Below are positions 49,031-58,549 of a DNA stretch of 64,000 nucleotides, piece after piece. Every line of letters starts with the position of its first letter. Within the stretch, counting starts at the first letter, position 1. Source of the stretch: Candidatus Yanofskybacteria bacterium RIFCSPLOWO2_01_FULL_42_49 (lineage in GTDB: Bacteria; Patescibacteriota; Minisyncoccia; 2-02-FULL-40-12; GWA2-44-9). The notes below the pieces were generated by a model. It was given only the letters and a program-made list of their open reading frames with translations. It made no database searches and had not been told where the DNA came from. The stretch lies in the NCBI GenBank assembly GCA_001795615.1, contig MGKI01000011.1, forward strand, positions 44,996 through 108,995. Direction: 5' to 3'. The translations under genes were made by a program, and so were the position numbers.

Positions 49031-49104
49031 CGGGGCCGACGGGACTCGAACCCGCAACCTCTTCCGTGACAGGGAGGCGCTCTAACCAATTGAGCTACGG
49101 CCCC
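49031..49104 (-). tRNA. tRNA-Asp (GTC), CCA not encoded
   Basis: GGGGCCGTAGCTCAATTGGTTAGAGCG..ctGTCac..GGTTCGAGTCCCGTCGGCCCCG. Confidence 0.95.
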
Positions 49105-49171
49105 AAATTATTAAAATAATGCTTAAATGTTAGCATATTTTGCCTAAAATAAAAGCCCCGCTACTGCGGGA

Positions 49172-50632
49172 CTACCTCTCAAATGATTCTTTCTTTGCGG
49201 CTTCGGAAAGTTTAACGAGATATCTGGCGGGATCTGCCATAAATATTCCTTTGGCTTCTTTTAAATTTCGCGCGCCCAAGTAACTTACCATCGAGGATAA
49301 ATGGCCGACTATTTCTTTTACGATCGGAACAACCGGACCTCGATACTCAACCTCTTTTTCCATGCCTTCTGGGCTTATTCTGGAAGAAATTTCATAGGGA
49401 TCGTCAGTTTCTTCGGCTCTAAGCTTTTCGTACATTGCTTCTCGCGAAGCCATCCCTCTGAACCTTTTGACTTTCCTGCCTTCAGAATTTCTGAAAACCA
49501 GTCCTGGGGTTTCGTCCGTACCGGCGAATGTGCCTCCTGCCATCACCGAATCGGCTCCCAACAAAAGAGCCAAGCCGAAATGTCCGTTTCTTTTAACGCC
49601 TCCGTCGGCGCAAATAGGAATTTCCGCATCAACAGAGCACTCAAAAATCGCTTGAGCTTGGGGAACGCCAATATTGGTATTCTTTCTGGTGGTACAGGCA
49701 GAACCTGGCCCTAGGCCGACTTTTAGTCCGTTAGCCCCGAGCGTCTGGTACTTTTTGACAGCTCCCGATAAAACAATATTGCCTACAACCAACTCAAAAT
49801 CAGGAAATCTTTTCCTAAACTCTCGAACCGCTTTTTCTCCCACTACCGACTGTGCGTTAGCTATATCAAGAACGATAACGTCCGCGTCGGTCCTGATTAG
49901 TTCAGCCGCCCTTTCAAGGTAGTCCCCCGTAGCTCCTATAGCCGCCCCGACAACAAGCTGGCCTTTTTCGTCTTTATTTGCTAACGGATGGCGTTCTATG
50001 CTCTCTATGTCCTTAGCCGTAATCAATCCAAGCAACCGACCCGTACCTTTATCAATAAGCGGTAATTTCTCCAAACGGTGAGTGTCGATAATTTTTTTGG
50101 CCTCTTCCAAGGTTGTAGAAAGAAAACCATACTTAAGATTATCAATCGGCGTCATCCGTTTGACGACTCTTGCGTCGTCGCCACAAAATCTGACATCACG
50201 ACCGGACAACATGCCTACAAGCCGTTTGTTTTGGTCAACGACAACCAACCCCCCGACCTTATTCTTTTGCATCAAATCCCTGGCCTCACCCACTGATGCT
50301 CCCGGATTTATTTCATACGGCTCTTTTATCACAAAACTTTCAGCGCGTTTTACTTCTCTAATTTTTGCGCACTGATCTTCAATGTTGAGATAACGGTGAA
50401 TAACCCCTAAACCGCCTTGTTTGGCAATCGCGATAGCCATCCGCGCTCCCGTAACAGTATCCATATTCGCAGACACTATCGGAATGTTAAGTTTTACATT
50501 AGTCGAGAATCGCGAAGTAAGAGAAATACCGCCACGACTTTCGACGACACCCCAACCGGGCGGGTTAAGAAAGTCGTCAAAAGCACACCCGTTCAACACG
50601 GAACGGAGCCACTTATTTCTTTTACCACTCAT
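49172..50632 (-). CDS. guaB: IMP dehydrogenase (IMPDH/GMPR family) with CBS pair
   Basis: PIVSANMDTVT, GGLGVIH, KVGLGPGSACTTR, ADGG, FRGMAS, PEGME. Confidence 0.88.
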   Translation of the reverse strand: MSGKRNKWLRSVLNGCAFDDFLNPPGWGVVESRGGISLTSRFSTNVKLNIPIVSANMDTVTGARMAIAIAKQGGLGVIHRYLNIEDQCAKIREVKRAESFVIKEPYEINPGASVGEARDLMQKNKVGGLVVVDQNKRLVGMLSGRDVRFCGDDARVVKRMTPIDNLKYGFLSTTLEEAKKIIDTHRLEKLPLIDKGTGRLLGLITAKDIESIERHPLANKDEKGQLVVGAAIGATGDYLERAAELIRTDADVIVLDIANAQSVVGEKAVREFRKRFPDFELVVGNIVLSGAVKKYQTLGANGLKVGLGPGSACTTRKNTNIGVPQAQAIFECSVDAEIPICADGGVKRNGHFGLALLLGADSVMAGGTFAGTDETPGLVFRNSEGRKVKRFRGMASREAMYEKLRAEETDDPYEISSRISPEGMEKEVEYRGPVVPIVKEIVGHLSSMVSYLGARNLKEAKGIFMADPARYLVKLSEAAKKESFER

Positions 50633-50699
50633 TTTCGCCCCTTTTTAAGTCAAAGAACATTTACCCATAGATAACAAAAATGTAAGAACAAGAGAAGAG

Positions 50700-51227
50700 T
50701 TATTCAAGCCACAACATCCCTCCGCGCCAGCCGGCGAGAAATTCTTTTTTAGAAACAACGTACCTGTTGCCTCTTTTGCCCGGATACGGATCGGCGATAT
50801 GATAGCCCAAGACAAATGGACCCAGCTTCTTTATTTTTTCTACGATGACCAAATGAGCCGTGTCGGACAAATTAAATTCTTTCAGGACTGAAACCGCAAC
50901 CGGTGATTTTAATATTGACAATTGATTATTGATCATTTTAATCCCCTCTTTTTTCTTTTCCGGGGTGTTGAAAAATTCTTTCTGGAAATTCATGGGTACT
51001 CCATATGAAGCGGCCAGATCCACCAGAGCTTGATGCTTCCAGCCGATATTTTTAATATAGCCGCCGGCATTGAAAGCTTGGCTTAATAAAGTCATAATCG
51101 GGATACTCTGAAATTTCTGATTTTTAAAAACCATCAGCATCTTAATAACACAAATCCCGCACGAGTGCTTGCTCCAACTTTCATCCCCAGCATCGGTAAT
51201 TTGATTTACAAGTTTAACTTCTGCCAT
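50700..51227 (-). CDS. C39-like (papain-fold) peptidase
   Basis: NQ..SCGICVIKM, AHLVIV, IADPY triad pattern. Confidence 0.7.
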   Translation of the reverse strand: MAEVKLVNQITDAGDESWSKHSCGICVIKMLMVFKNQKFQSIPIMTLLSQAFNAGGYIKNIGWKHQALVDLAASYGVPMNFQKEFFNTPEKKKEGIKMINNQLSILKSPVAVSVLKEFNLSDTAHLVIVEKIKKLGPFVLGYHIADPYPGKRGNRYVVSKKEFLAGWRGGMLWLE

Positions 51228-51255
51228 TTATTCGTAATTCTTAATTCATAATTCG

Positions 51256-51801
51256 TTATTCCAGTTCGGGATGCCAATAAATTTTTTCTATTTTACGGGT
51301 GCCATTATAGGTATAGTGATGCTTATGCGGAAACCCTGTGCCTTTGGAATCGTTGCTTATCGCTTCCTGTCCGCTCCAAAAAAATCCAATATGATTGTGA
51401 GGCTCTCCGTCGTGGCCGTCTTTTTTCTCCCAAATTATTACAGCGCCAGGCTTGAGTTCTTTTATTTCGTACCAACCATTTTCAAGCAAATCTTTTTCGG
51501 TTGAAACGACGGTAAGGTGGATGTATTTAATCCAATGTTTCTTGCCCGTAAACTCCAACAGTGGGTTGAATGAGTAAAGAATGGACGACACCATAACCGC
51601 GCAGGAGTTCCTGCCGTTTTCAAGCGAATCTTCGATTTCCCCGCCCGCCCCGTAGTGTGATTTCGATTTATCTTTGCCGGAGGCATTCGAAATCTCTACT
51701 TCGGGGTGTTTTTCCACATAAAAATTCCTGAACAAATGGTTCTCGCCTTTTGCGGAATTTTCGATTTGAGTTAAATAATTTTTTTTTAACAACAACCTCA
51801 T
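51256..51801 (-). CDS. CHAP/NlpC-P60-like protein with an in-frame repeat insertion
   Basis: SCAVMVS, PGAVIIW, HNHIGFF. Confidence 0.6.
   Translation of the reverse strand: MRLLLKKNYLTQIENSAKGENHLFRNFYVEKHPEVEISNASGKDKSKSHYGAGGEIEDSLENGRNSCAVMVSSILYSFNPLLEFTGKKHWIKYIHLTVVSTEKDLLENGWYEIKELKPGAVIIWEKKDGHDGEPHNHIGFFWSGQEAISNDSKGTGFPHKHHYTYNGTRKIEKIYWHPELE
51643..51707. repeat. 65-bp hairpin element inserted in frame (same family as the gatB insert)
   Basis: Encodes PEVEISNASGKDKSKSHYGAG. Confidence 0.9.
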
Positions 51802-51843
51802 ACTGATTAAAATTACTAAAACCTCGCCAGCGCGTCAATCAAA

Positions 51844-51884
51844 CGTAAAGGGCATCTTTACAAAATGTAAAGATGCCCTTTACG
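51844..51884. terminator. Long perfect hairpin after the surface-protein operon
   Basis: cgtaaagggcatctttaca-aaa-tgtaaagatgccctttacg. Confidence 0.65.
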
Positions 51885-51902
51885 CTACTAGCTTTAAATC
51901 TT

Positions 51903-53264
51903 TTACGGCTCGCAGGTTACTGTATATGTATAGGTGGCGGGGCCGGTGAGATTACCGGTTGAACGAGAGTTATCTGTTCCAGCCCAACCAGTTGGTGAAA
52001 CAGTACATTGAGATACATTTTGGGAGGACCAGTTGACTTTTGCGGAAGAATTATACGGGATTGAAGAAGGTTCGCAAGTTATTGAAACCGAAGGCTCTAA
52101 AACAGGAACTGTTGTTTGGGCAGTAGGGCTTGTTCCCCCCGGTCCGGTGCAAGTCAAAGTGTATGTTTGAGATGAAGTCAATGGTAGCGTGGTTCTTCTG
52201 GATAGAGGCACACCATTGGACGATGTTTCCACTGGTCCCTGCCAACCGGTTGTAGTGCCGCCGGCGGTACAGGAAGTGGCATCGGTTGAAGACCAAGTCA
52301 AAACAGAAGTACCGTTATATCGGACACTAGCCGGAGAAGCAGAAATAGATGCGGTCGGCCGAGCTGGCTGAATTACCGCAACTGACCTTTCTTTAAGATC
52401 CGACCCTCCGGGTCCTTCGCATCTGACTCCAAAAGTAGTCGGATCAGCGGTCAGACCGCCCGTAGTGGTTGAAGAGTACCCGCTGGTACCAAGCCACTGT
52501 CCGCTCCAAGTGGGCCAGTTACCCGTACCCCAACAGCCGGTTACATTACCACTGACTGACCACGAAACCGTAACATTTTCCCCCCTGTTAACCCTTGACG
52601 GACTGACGGAAACAGAAACCGACGGAGGCGATGGTTCTTGAACCTTAACCGTTGTACTGGCCAAAGTCGATCCGCCTGATGAATTATAGCAAGTTATATC
52701 ATAAGTTTTAGTTATGGTTAAATTTCCGGTCGTTGTGTCATAATTAGCAGGAATCTGGACTCCTTGCGGGCTCCAGTTTTGGCCAGTGACACAATAACTG
52801 GCATTGGAACGAACATGAAGACCTGTGGATGTGTTGTATGGGATCGAAGAAGAATCAGGATAGAAATTGACGGTCGGAGGTGGCTGGTTTTGGTTCCATG
52901 TCACATAATAACCCCTTTCTTTGCCGTTTCTATTAGACACCCAGCCTTCTGGATCTACTTTATTAAAAGTGTAGCCTGGTACAGAATTTAAGTCTACTAT
53001 AATAGTCCAATCTCCTTCTTCCATGCCGTACCAATAATAACGGACGGAATACGAACCCCACTGGTTAAGGCATTGATACCAGCTGTCTTCCCTATACCCC
53101 GAAGGGGTTTCCCCTTTGGCCATTAAAGTGTAGCAAAAATTGGGCACGTTGCCGCTGATAGTAACTCCTCCCGGGTTATACGCTTTTGCGTCCTCGGCCA
53201 GCATAAAAAAACAGGCTAAAATAAAGGTTGTAAAAACAATCAGTTTTAGTTTCATTTTATTCAT
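51903..53264 (-). CDS. Secreted protein with tandem Ig/PKD-like Cys-containing repeats
   Basis: Signal peptide ending AKA; repeats of type LTWSS..ATSC..W.G..TYTLTC.GPGG. Confidence 0.8.
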   Translation of the reverse strand: MNKMKLKLIVFTTFILACFFMLAEDAKAYNPGGVTISGNVPNFCYTLMAKGETPSGYREDSWYQCLNQWGSYSVRYYWYGMEEGDWTIIVDLNSVPGYTFNKVDPEGWVSNRNGKERGYYVTWNQNQPPPTVNFYPDSSSIPYNTSTGLHVRSNASYCVTGQNWSPQGVQIPANYDTTTGNLTITKTYDITCYNSSGGSTLASTTVKVQEPSPPSVSVSVSPSRVNRGENVTVSWSVSGNVTGCWGTGNWPTWSGQWLGTSGYSSTTTGGLTADPTTFGVRCEGPGGSDLKERSVAVIQPARPTASISASPASVRYNGTSVLTWSSTDATSCTAGGTTTGWQGPVETSSNGVPLSRRTTLPLTSSQTYTLTCTGPGGTSPTAQTTVPVLEPSVSITCEPSSIPYNSSAKVNWSSQNVSQCTVSPTGWAGTDNSRSTGNLTGPATYTYTVTCEP

Positions 53265-53637
53265 TTATCAAAATTATTTTTTTGGCTATAAATCTACCGT
53301 CCGATGAAACTTCATACTCAGCTGAAATAATTGAACCTTCCGTTATTTTTGAAATTTCTTCCAAAACAAGTTCTCCATAACCGGGAAGAGTTTTATTTAC
53401 CAAAGTTTGATCATTGTAATAAATTGCTGCCTCCTGATTTTGCCCGGCTTTGTTGGTTGATAAATCAACTGAACCAGCCCGGATGACGATTCTCCCTTCA
53501 TTTATTGAGATAATCTCTCCCGAAACAAACGAGAAACTCTCGTTTTGGTTGTTACTCTGTAAATTAAAGTACCAAACCATGCCCGCACCAATAAGGGTTA
53601 AGATCATAATTATAATTGTAATTCTTTTGACTTTCAT
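53257..53637 (-). CDS. Single-TM protein with a predicted OB-fold (DUF5666-like) domain
   Basis: TM, then SGEIISINEGRIVI..YNDQTLV..ISKITEGSII. Confidence 0.6.
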   Translation of the reverse strand: MKVKRITIIIMILTLIGAGMVWYFNLQSNNQNESFSFVSGEIISINEGRIVIRAGSVDLSTNKAGQNQEAAIYYNDQTLVNKTLPGYGELVLEEISKITEGSIISAEYEVSSDGRFIAKKIILINE

Positions 53638-53670
53638 ATCACATTTTAGAATTTTTCCCAGTCGAAGTCT

Positions 53671-56289
53671 TTATCTTGGAGCTATTTCTTTCCACAGCGG
53701 AATTGATTTTTGAATAAGTATCGGCCCCTTTGTCCTGGCGCAGGATTGGTTTGCGTTATCTGTCGCTGTAAGGGTTACATAATATGTTCCTTCTCCAACA
53801 TAAGTATGGGACGGGTTCTGTTGCGCCGATGATCCGCCGTCGCCAAATGTCCAACTCCATAGCCGGCCGTTCGGATTACCGCCAAATACGGTTTGATCAG
53901 TAAACTGTACAGGATTGTTTAAAGGAGGGTTGGGTGGCGACCAACTAAAATCGACTTGAGGATAAGCATAATTCGGAGTTTTCCAGCTAGAACCAGTCAT
54001 CCAGTTTGACACCCTATCAAAACCGTTCCAAACCCTAACTCTGGCCCGATAAGTAACATTGAATTGCAGAATACCCTGGCCGGTAAAATAAGATTTAGAA
54101 CCGGAAATTATCTTGCCGGTGTCAACTTCCGGACTGTCAAATGAGCCCTTGTCGTCGATTTGGACCTGATAAGCCGACTGGGGACCACCACCGGGGTCGC
54201 TGTAAGTCCAGCCAACCGTCGCCGCCGGCCCCGATATACAGTAGTTGGGCTCGGTGACGGTAATATCAGATACTGAAGGGATAGAAGGCGGCGGGGGATC
54301 AACGGTTACGGTGCAAAAATCGCTTACTGGTCCGGGTGGAGGCGGTGGTGGAGGAGCAGCATTATTATTAACACGAATGTTGACAGTATAAGATGTCGTA
54401 TTCCCGGCGTTGTCTGTGGCCCTGACAGTAATTGTATGCGACCCATTGCTTACCGTAGCTGAATCCCATATATAGGTATAGCCCACAAAAGGACATCCGG
54501 TCCTAAAGCCTCCTGCAGCAGTACAAGCATCTCTCCTGTCAGTATTTCCATATGAATTGTTGTTAACCAAAACCGAGTCAACAAATATATCTACCATGGA
54601 AACTGGCCCCTCATCAGCATTCCAGTAATCAAGGGCCCATCCTCCCACAACAACACTGCCTGAAAGGTTGGCGCCGTTTTGCGGAGCATCTAGCGCTAAT
54701 GTCGGCGGGTTACCTACCGGTAGCGGTGGTGGAAGAGAATCAACTACTACAGTAGCAGAACATGTCCTGATTGACCCGGCACTATTTACAACTGTTAGCA
54801 CACAGGTTTGCGAATCAGGTACAATATCTATTTCTCCATTTGGGCTAATGAATGTTCCTGAACCGATACTCCCCCTACCACAATCAAAAGGAATATACCC
54901 ATCAACATCATTAGACGAACTCCATGATAAATTACTTGATTCGCCGGAGTTTATATTTGATGGGAAAAAATTGGCAACACAAGTTGCATCGCTCGGTTGT
55001 GGTGGAGGCGGTGACGATGGAGGCGGTGACGATGGAGGCGGTGACGATGGAGGCGGTGACGATGGAGGCGGCGGCGGTAGGGCTCCGCTGATAAAATCAG
55101 CGGTAACGGTTCTATCGGCATTCATCGTAACACTACATTGGTTGCCGCTTGAACTGTCGCATCCCGACCAGGCCGTTACGAAACCGCTATCTGGGATGGC
55201 ATCAAGAGAAACATTGGTACCATCCGGGTAACTCTCGGTACAGTCGGATCCGCAACTTATACCGGGGCCGGAAACGCTTCCGTTGGCTCCGCGGTTAACA
55301 TCCAGATTATAATTGCCCGGAGGCGAAGGAGGCACAGACGAAGAACAGTTCCCGCCAAACGCAACATTATCAGCGTCCGTTGTGCCAGCACTGTTTTTGG
55401 CTATTACAAAATAGTAAAGGTCCACATCTTGAATGGGACTGTCAACAGTATAATCGGTGCCTCCAATGTTAGTGGCTATAGTCCTCCAGCTCCCACCTAA
55501 CCATTGCTTTTCTAATAGATCATAGAGGGTTGCATTAGCCGAAGAACCCCAGCTTATATCTATATACTGGGAACCATCGCCTCTGGTTTGGCAACTTGAA
55601 TTATTCATACTAAAAGGCCCCGGGGAAGGAACATAAACATCAACACTACAATCATCGGATTGGCCAGCACTTGTTACGGTAACGGTTTTTGTTCCGGCAG
55701 TTGAATAAACAGTAGATAAGTTGCTTCCCGTTCCGGATGTCGGAGATCCGTCGGGAGCCGACCAAGAAAAATTCCCGTCACCGTCAGAAGCGCTGAAATT
55801 TACAGTTTGATCGGTACTGGCCGTCTGGCTTGATGGGCTACAGGCAGGAGGCAAGATAGCGGGTTCAATTTCAACAGTCCAGGTCCAGTTAACAGTCGAT
55901 TTAATGCCTTGTATAAAAAAGTCTGTCCACTCTTCCCCTGTCCCGCCGGATAACGTCATCGAATCGGAAAATTGCTGTTGATACCAGGATCTTGTATCAG
56001 CGTCAGTCATCCCTGAACTGTTGCCAATACGAATGGCGACATGCCCTTGGCCGTTGTTAAGACTGCCGCTTATGGTAAAGTTTATCTGTGATGATCTTAT
56101 GTACTCGCCAGGGTCAGCCCATTCTTCTCGTGGTCTAGGATAACAATACTCAAAAGTACTTTGATCAAAATTACAGTAACCACTTTGAACCTGAGTACGT
56201 GCATACGCCCCGTTAAAAATAAAAGGTAGCCCGACCAATACTAAGCCAAAAAATATAAAATTTTTAGTCCTTGAGGATAATGGATTCAT
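53671..56289 (-). CDS. Large secreted multidomain surface protein (PKD, FN3-like, InlB-B-like, Big domains, Pro-rich linkers)
   Basis: Signal peptide; YSTAGTKTVTVT, WSGC..CSVTMNADRTVTADF, WDSATVSNGSHTITVRATD, WTFGDG..NPSHTY. Confidence 0.85.
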   Translation of the reverse strand: MNPLSSRTKNFIFFGLVLVGLPFIFNGAYARTQVQSGYCNFDQSTFEYCYPRPREEWADPGEYIRSSQINFTISGSLNNGQGHVAIRIGNSSGMTDADTRSWYQQQFSDSMTLSGGTGEEWTDFFIQGIKSTVNWTWTVEIEPAILPPACSPSSQTASTDQTVNFSASDGDGNFSWSAPDGSPTSGTGSNLSTVYSTAGTKTVTVTSAGQSDDCSVDVYVPSPGPFSMNNSSCQTRGDGSQYIDISWGSSANATLYDLLEKQWLGGSWRTIATNIGGTDYTVDSPIQDVDLYYFVIAKNSAGTTDADNVAFGGNCSSSVPPSPPGNYNLDVNRGANGSVSGPGISCGSDCTESYPDGTNVSLDAIPDSGFVTAWSGCDSSSGNQCSVTMNADRTVTADFISGALPPPPPSSPPPSSPPPSSPPPSSPPPPQPSDATCVANFFPSNINSGESSNLSWSSSNDVDGYIPFDCGRGSIGSGTFISPNGEIDIVPDSQTCVLTVVNSAGSIRTCSATVVVDSLPPPLPVGNPPTLALDAPQNGANLSGSVVVGGWALDYWNADEGPVSMVDIFVDSVLVNNNSYGNTDRRDACTAAGGFRTGCPFVGYTYIWDSATVSNGSHTITVRATDNAGNTTSYTVNIRVNNNAAPPPPPPPGPVSDFCTVTVDPPPPSIPSVSDITVTEPNYCISGPAATVGWTYSDPGGGPQSAYQVQIDDKGSFDSPEVDTGKIISGSKSYFTGQGILQFNVTYRARVRVWNGFDRVSNWMTGSSWKTPNYAYPQVDFSWSPPNPPLNNPVQFTDQTVFGGNPNGRLWSWTFGDGGSSAQQNPSHTYVGEGTYYVTLTATDNANQSCARTKGPILIQKSIPLWKEIAPR
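55003..55071. repeat. 15-bp perfect tandem repeat x4 encoding SSPPP
   Basis: (tggaggcggtgacga)4 followed by tggaggcgg. Confidence 0.95.
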
Positions 56290-56680
56290 AATTTATGTAT
56301 AAAGCGGTAGCTTCGTTGACGGTAAACAAATCTTCGTTGCTTTCAACTCTTAAAATTCTAACGTTGGTATTATTCATTAAGTCAGAAAGTGAACCATCTG
56401 CCATCTCTGGAGGAGTAATCTTGTTGGCCAAACTGATAACAGTGATGCTTTTTTTAAATACAGTTTCAGGTGTAATTCTGAATTCAACCGTTCTTTCCTG
56501 TCGATACTCGTCTCCTGATTTTAACGACCTCGCCATTCCTGAAACAACAATCGAGTTTTCCTTAATTTCAATAATTCTTCCATACATCCAGTACATATTT
56601 TTGTCCTGATTGAAAAAGTAGAATAAAAATATTCCTAAAATTAAAACGATGAATCCCAAAATCCACACCTTTTTATTCAT
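56264..56680 (-). CDS. Single-TM protein with a predicted OB-fold (DUF5666-like) domain
   Basis: TM, then YGRIIEIKENSIVV..FRITPETVF..SLSDL. Confidence 0.6.
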   Translation of the reverse strand: MNKKVWILGFIVLILGIFLFYFFNQDKNMYWMYGRIIEIKENSIVVSGMARSLKSGDEYRQERTVEFRITPETVFKKSITVISLANKITPPEMADGSLSDLMNNTNVRILRVESNEDLFTVNEATALYINYESIILKD

Positions 56681-56762
56681 ACTGACATTATATCATATCA
56701 AATTCCTGGGGCTAAAAAGTTATAAACAAAAAGGGCCGACCACGGTCAGCCCTTCCCTTCCC

Positions 56763-57353
56763 CTACTCCGATGTTCTAAGAAATGTCACCTCCCATTCTA
56801 GCACCTGATGCGACAGTACATTCCTCAAAGCGCTAATAAGAATGGGGGGTTTTGTTTCGGGGGCGCTAGGAGGGAACCCCCGAAATACAAGCACGTGAAC
56901 GAAGCTGAAGGTGGTATCTTGTCTTACTGATACCCCCACCGCCAGAGTCGCTGGATTCTCTTGTCTCCAGTCTCCAACCCTCCTAACCCACTGACCACCG
57001 AATCCGTGTGTGAGCACATCTCTCTCTTGAGAGACTGCCGTAACTACGCCCACATACTCCGAATCCGACATACCGTCGAACAAGAGCCAGACTGTCAACA
57101 AGGCTATCTGGCCTTTCTCGATAACTCCACCATTCGGGGTTATCATCTGAATCCTCTGAATTTCAGCGGTACCACCCCCGGGTGAAGGCGAAGTGGGTCC
57201 GCTATCGCACCCGGCAAGGACAAGCCCCGCCAGCGCGATCAGCATCACGGCCAAAATCGGCCACAGATCGACGAACACGAACTTCGTGTTGCCGATACGT
57301 CGAATGGCGAATCCCGCCGAAGAGCGTCGTGCACGAGTTGCCCCAAAAGTCAT
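56763..57353 (-). CDS. Putative lipoprotein
   Basis: AAGGAG RBS before ATG at 57353; hydrophobic stretch ending in lipobox LAGC. Confidence 0.6.
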   Translation of the reverse strand: MTFGATRARRSSAGFAIRRIGNTKFVFVDLWPILAVMLIALAGLVLAGCDSGPTSPSPGGGTAEIQRIQMITPNGGVIEKGQIALLTVWLLFDGMSDSEYVGVVTAVSQERDVLTHGFGGQWVRRVGDWRQENPATLAVGVSVRQDTTFSFVHVLVFRGFPPSAPETKPPILISALRNVLSHQVLEWEVTFLRTSE

Positions 57354-57497
57354 TGTTCTTCTCCTTGTTGTCGAGCTTGACTCGACAGTAAATGTCAACG
57401 ATCGATCCTTACATCTTAATCATACCATAAAACACCCACAAAAGTCAAGCAAAAAATTCCTAGGAATTTTGGATATGAAAACGGCCTTATCGGGCCG

Positions 57498-58454
57498 TTA
57501 CTTTAGCTTAATTCTCAAAAGCAACTGAACAGAGGAAGGGCTGTTTTTAAACAAGAGCTCATCTTCTCTGTCAAAATTAAAACGCCCCTTCAACACAAAT
57601 CTTAGTCTGTCTGCGCGCAATAGCGGAACCGCCTCCAAAGATCCCTCCGCCGCAAGATCGTCGAATCTGTTTAGTCCATATGTATTTTCATCCCAGAACA
57701 TAAAGACTTTTTCGTAAAAACTTTTTTCAACTCGCATTCTATAACTGAACCGTTTCAAAAAATCTATTCTTCCGTCTGTCGCCACAAAAAAGGTTCTGTA
57801 CTGATCGTCATAAAGAGGAAGCGGCCCAACATCTCTAAACGAAGCTATGTAAACCTCCTGGCTTTCGGTCCATATATACCCACCGCCTACCCTTATCGCC
57901 AGATACCTGTCGTTGAGATCTCCAAATTTTGCACCACCCCAGCCTCGACTGCCATAAGACAATCTTTCAAAGTCAGCATTGAACTGAATACCATTGATGA
58001 TCGATAACGCTTTTTCCTGCTCAACAAATCCTCCTATTCCAAATAAAAACCCGCCCAAACTTTCTTCACCGGAAAACTTAAAAGACTTATTGTTTCTTAC
58101 ATTGACGCCATCATCGGAATAAGAAAACCCGCCGGAAACATCAACTGCATAGTCAACCCCTTCAAATCTTACACTTGGATTGGGCCAAACCACCGAAATT
58201 TGATCCTCCCAAGGATCTCTCAATGTTCCAAGGTTGACAGACCTATCCTGAATCCTGCCTATATCCACACTTCTTTCAAAAGGAAGAAGTGGGATATCCA
58301 AAAAAATGGCTTTCTTTTTTTTGACCTTAACAGGTTCGGACGGTTGGGAAGGTTGATCAGCCACAACCGGTTCCGGCTCTTTTTCCTGAGCAAGGACACT
58401 CGAACCCGAAAAAATTAAAAACATAGCAAAAACTAAGCACAACCCCTGCTTCAT
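57498..58454 (-). CDS. Secreted protein with an amphipathic beta-strand pattern (beta-barrel-like)
   Basis: Signal peptide VLA-Q; alternating G/Y/F-rich strands; C-terminal VQLLLRIKLK. Confidence 0.6.
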   Translation of the reverse strand: MKQGLCLVFAMFLIFSGSSVLAQEKEPEPVVADQPSQPSEPVKVKKKKAIFLDIPLLPFERSVDIGRIQDRSVNLGTLRDPWEDQISVVWPNPSVRFEGVDYAVDVSGGFSYSDDGVNVRNNKSFKFSGEESLGGFLFGIGGFVEQEKALSIINGIQFNADFERLSYGSRGWGGAKFGDLNDRYLAIRVGGGYIWTESQEVYIASFRDVGPLPLYDDQYRTFFVATDGRIDFLKRFSYRMRVEKSFYEKVFMFWDENTYGLNRFDDLAAEGSLEAVPLLRADRLRFVLKGRFNFDREDELLFKNSPSSVQLLLRIKLK

Positions 58455-58549
58455 TAGACTTCCTTTTAAAGAGCTATGCCCCTAGAGTTAACATTTGATG
58501 CCTGAAAAATCAAATCCCGTACCATGGTACGGGAATAAAAATGTTATCT

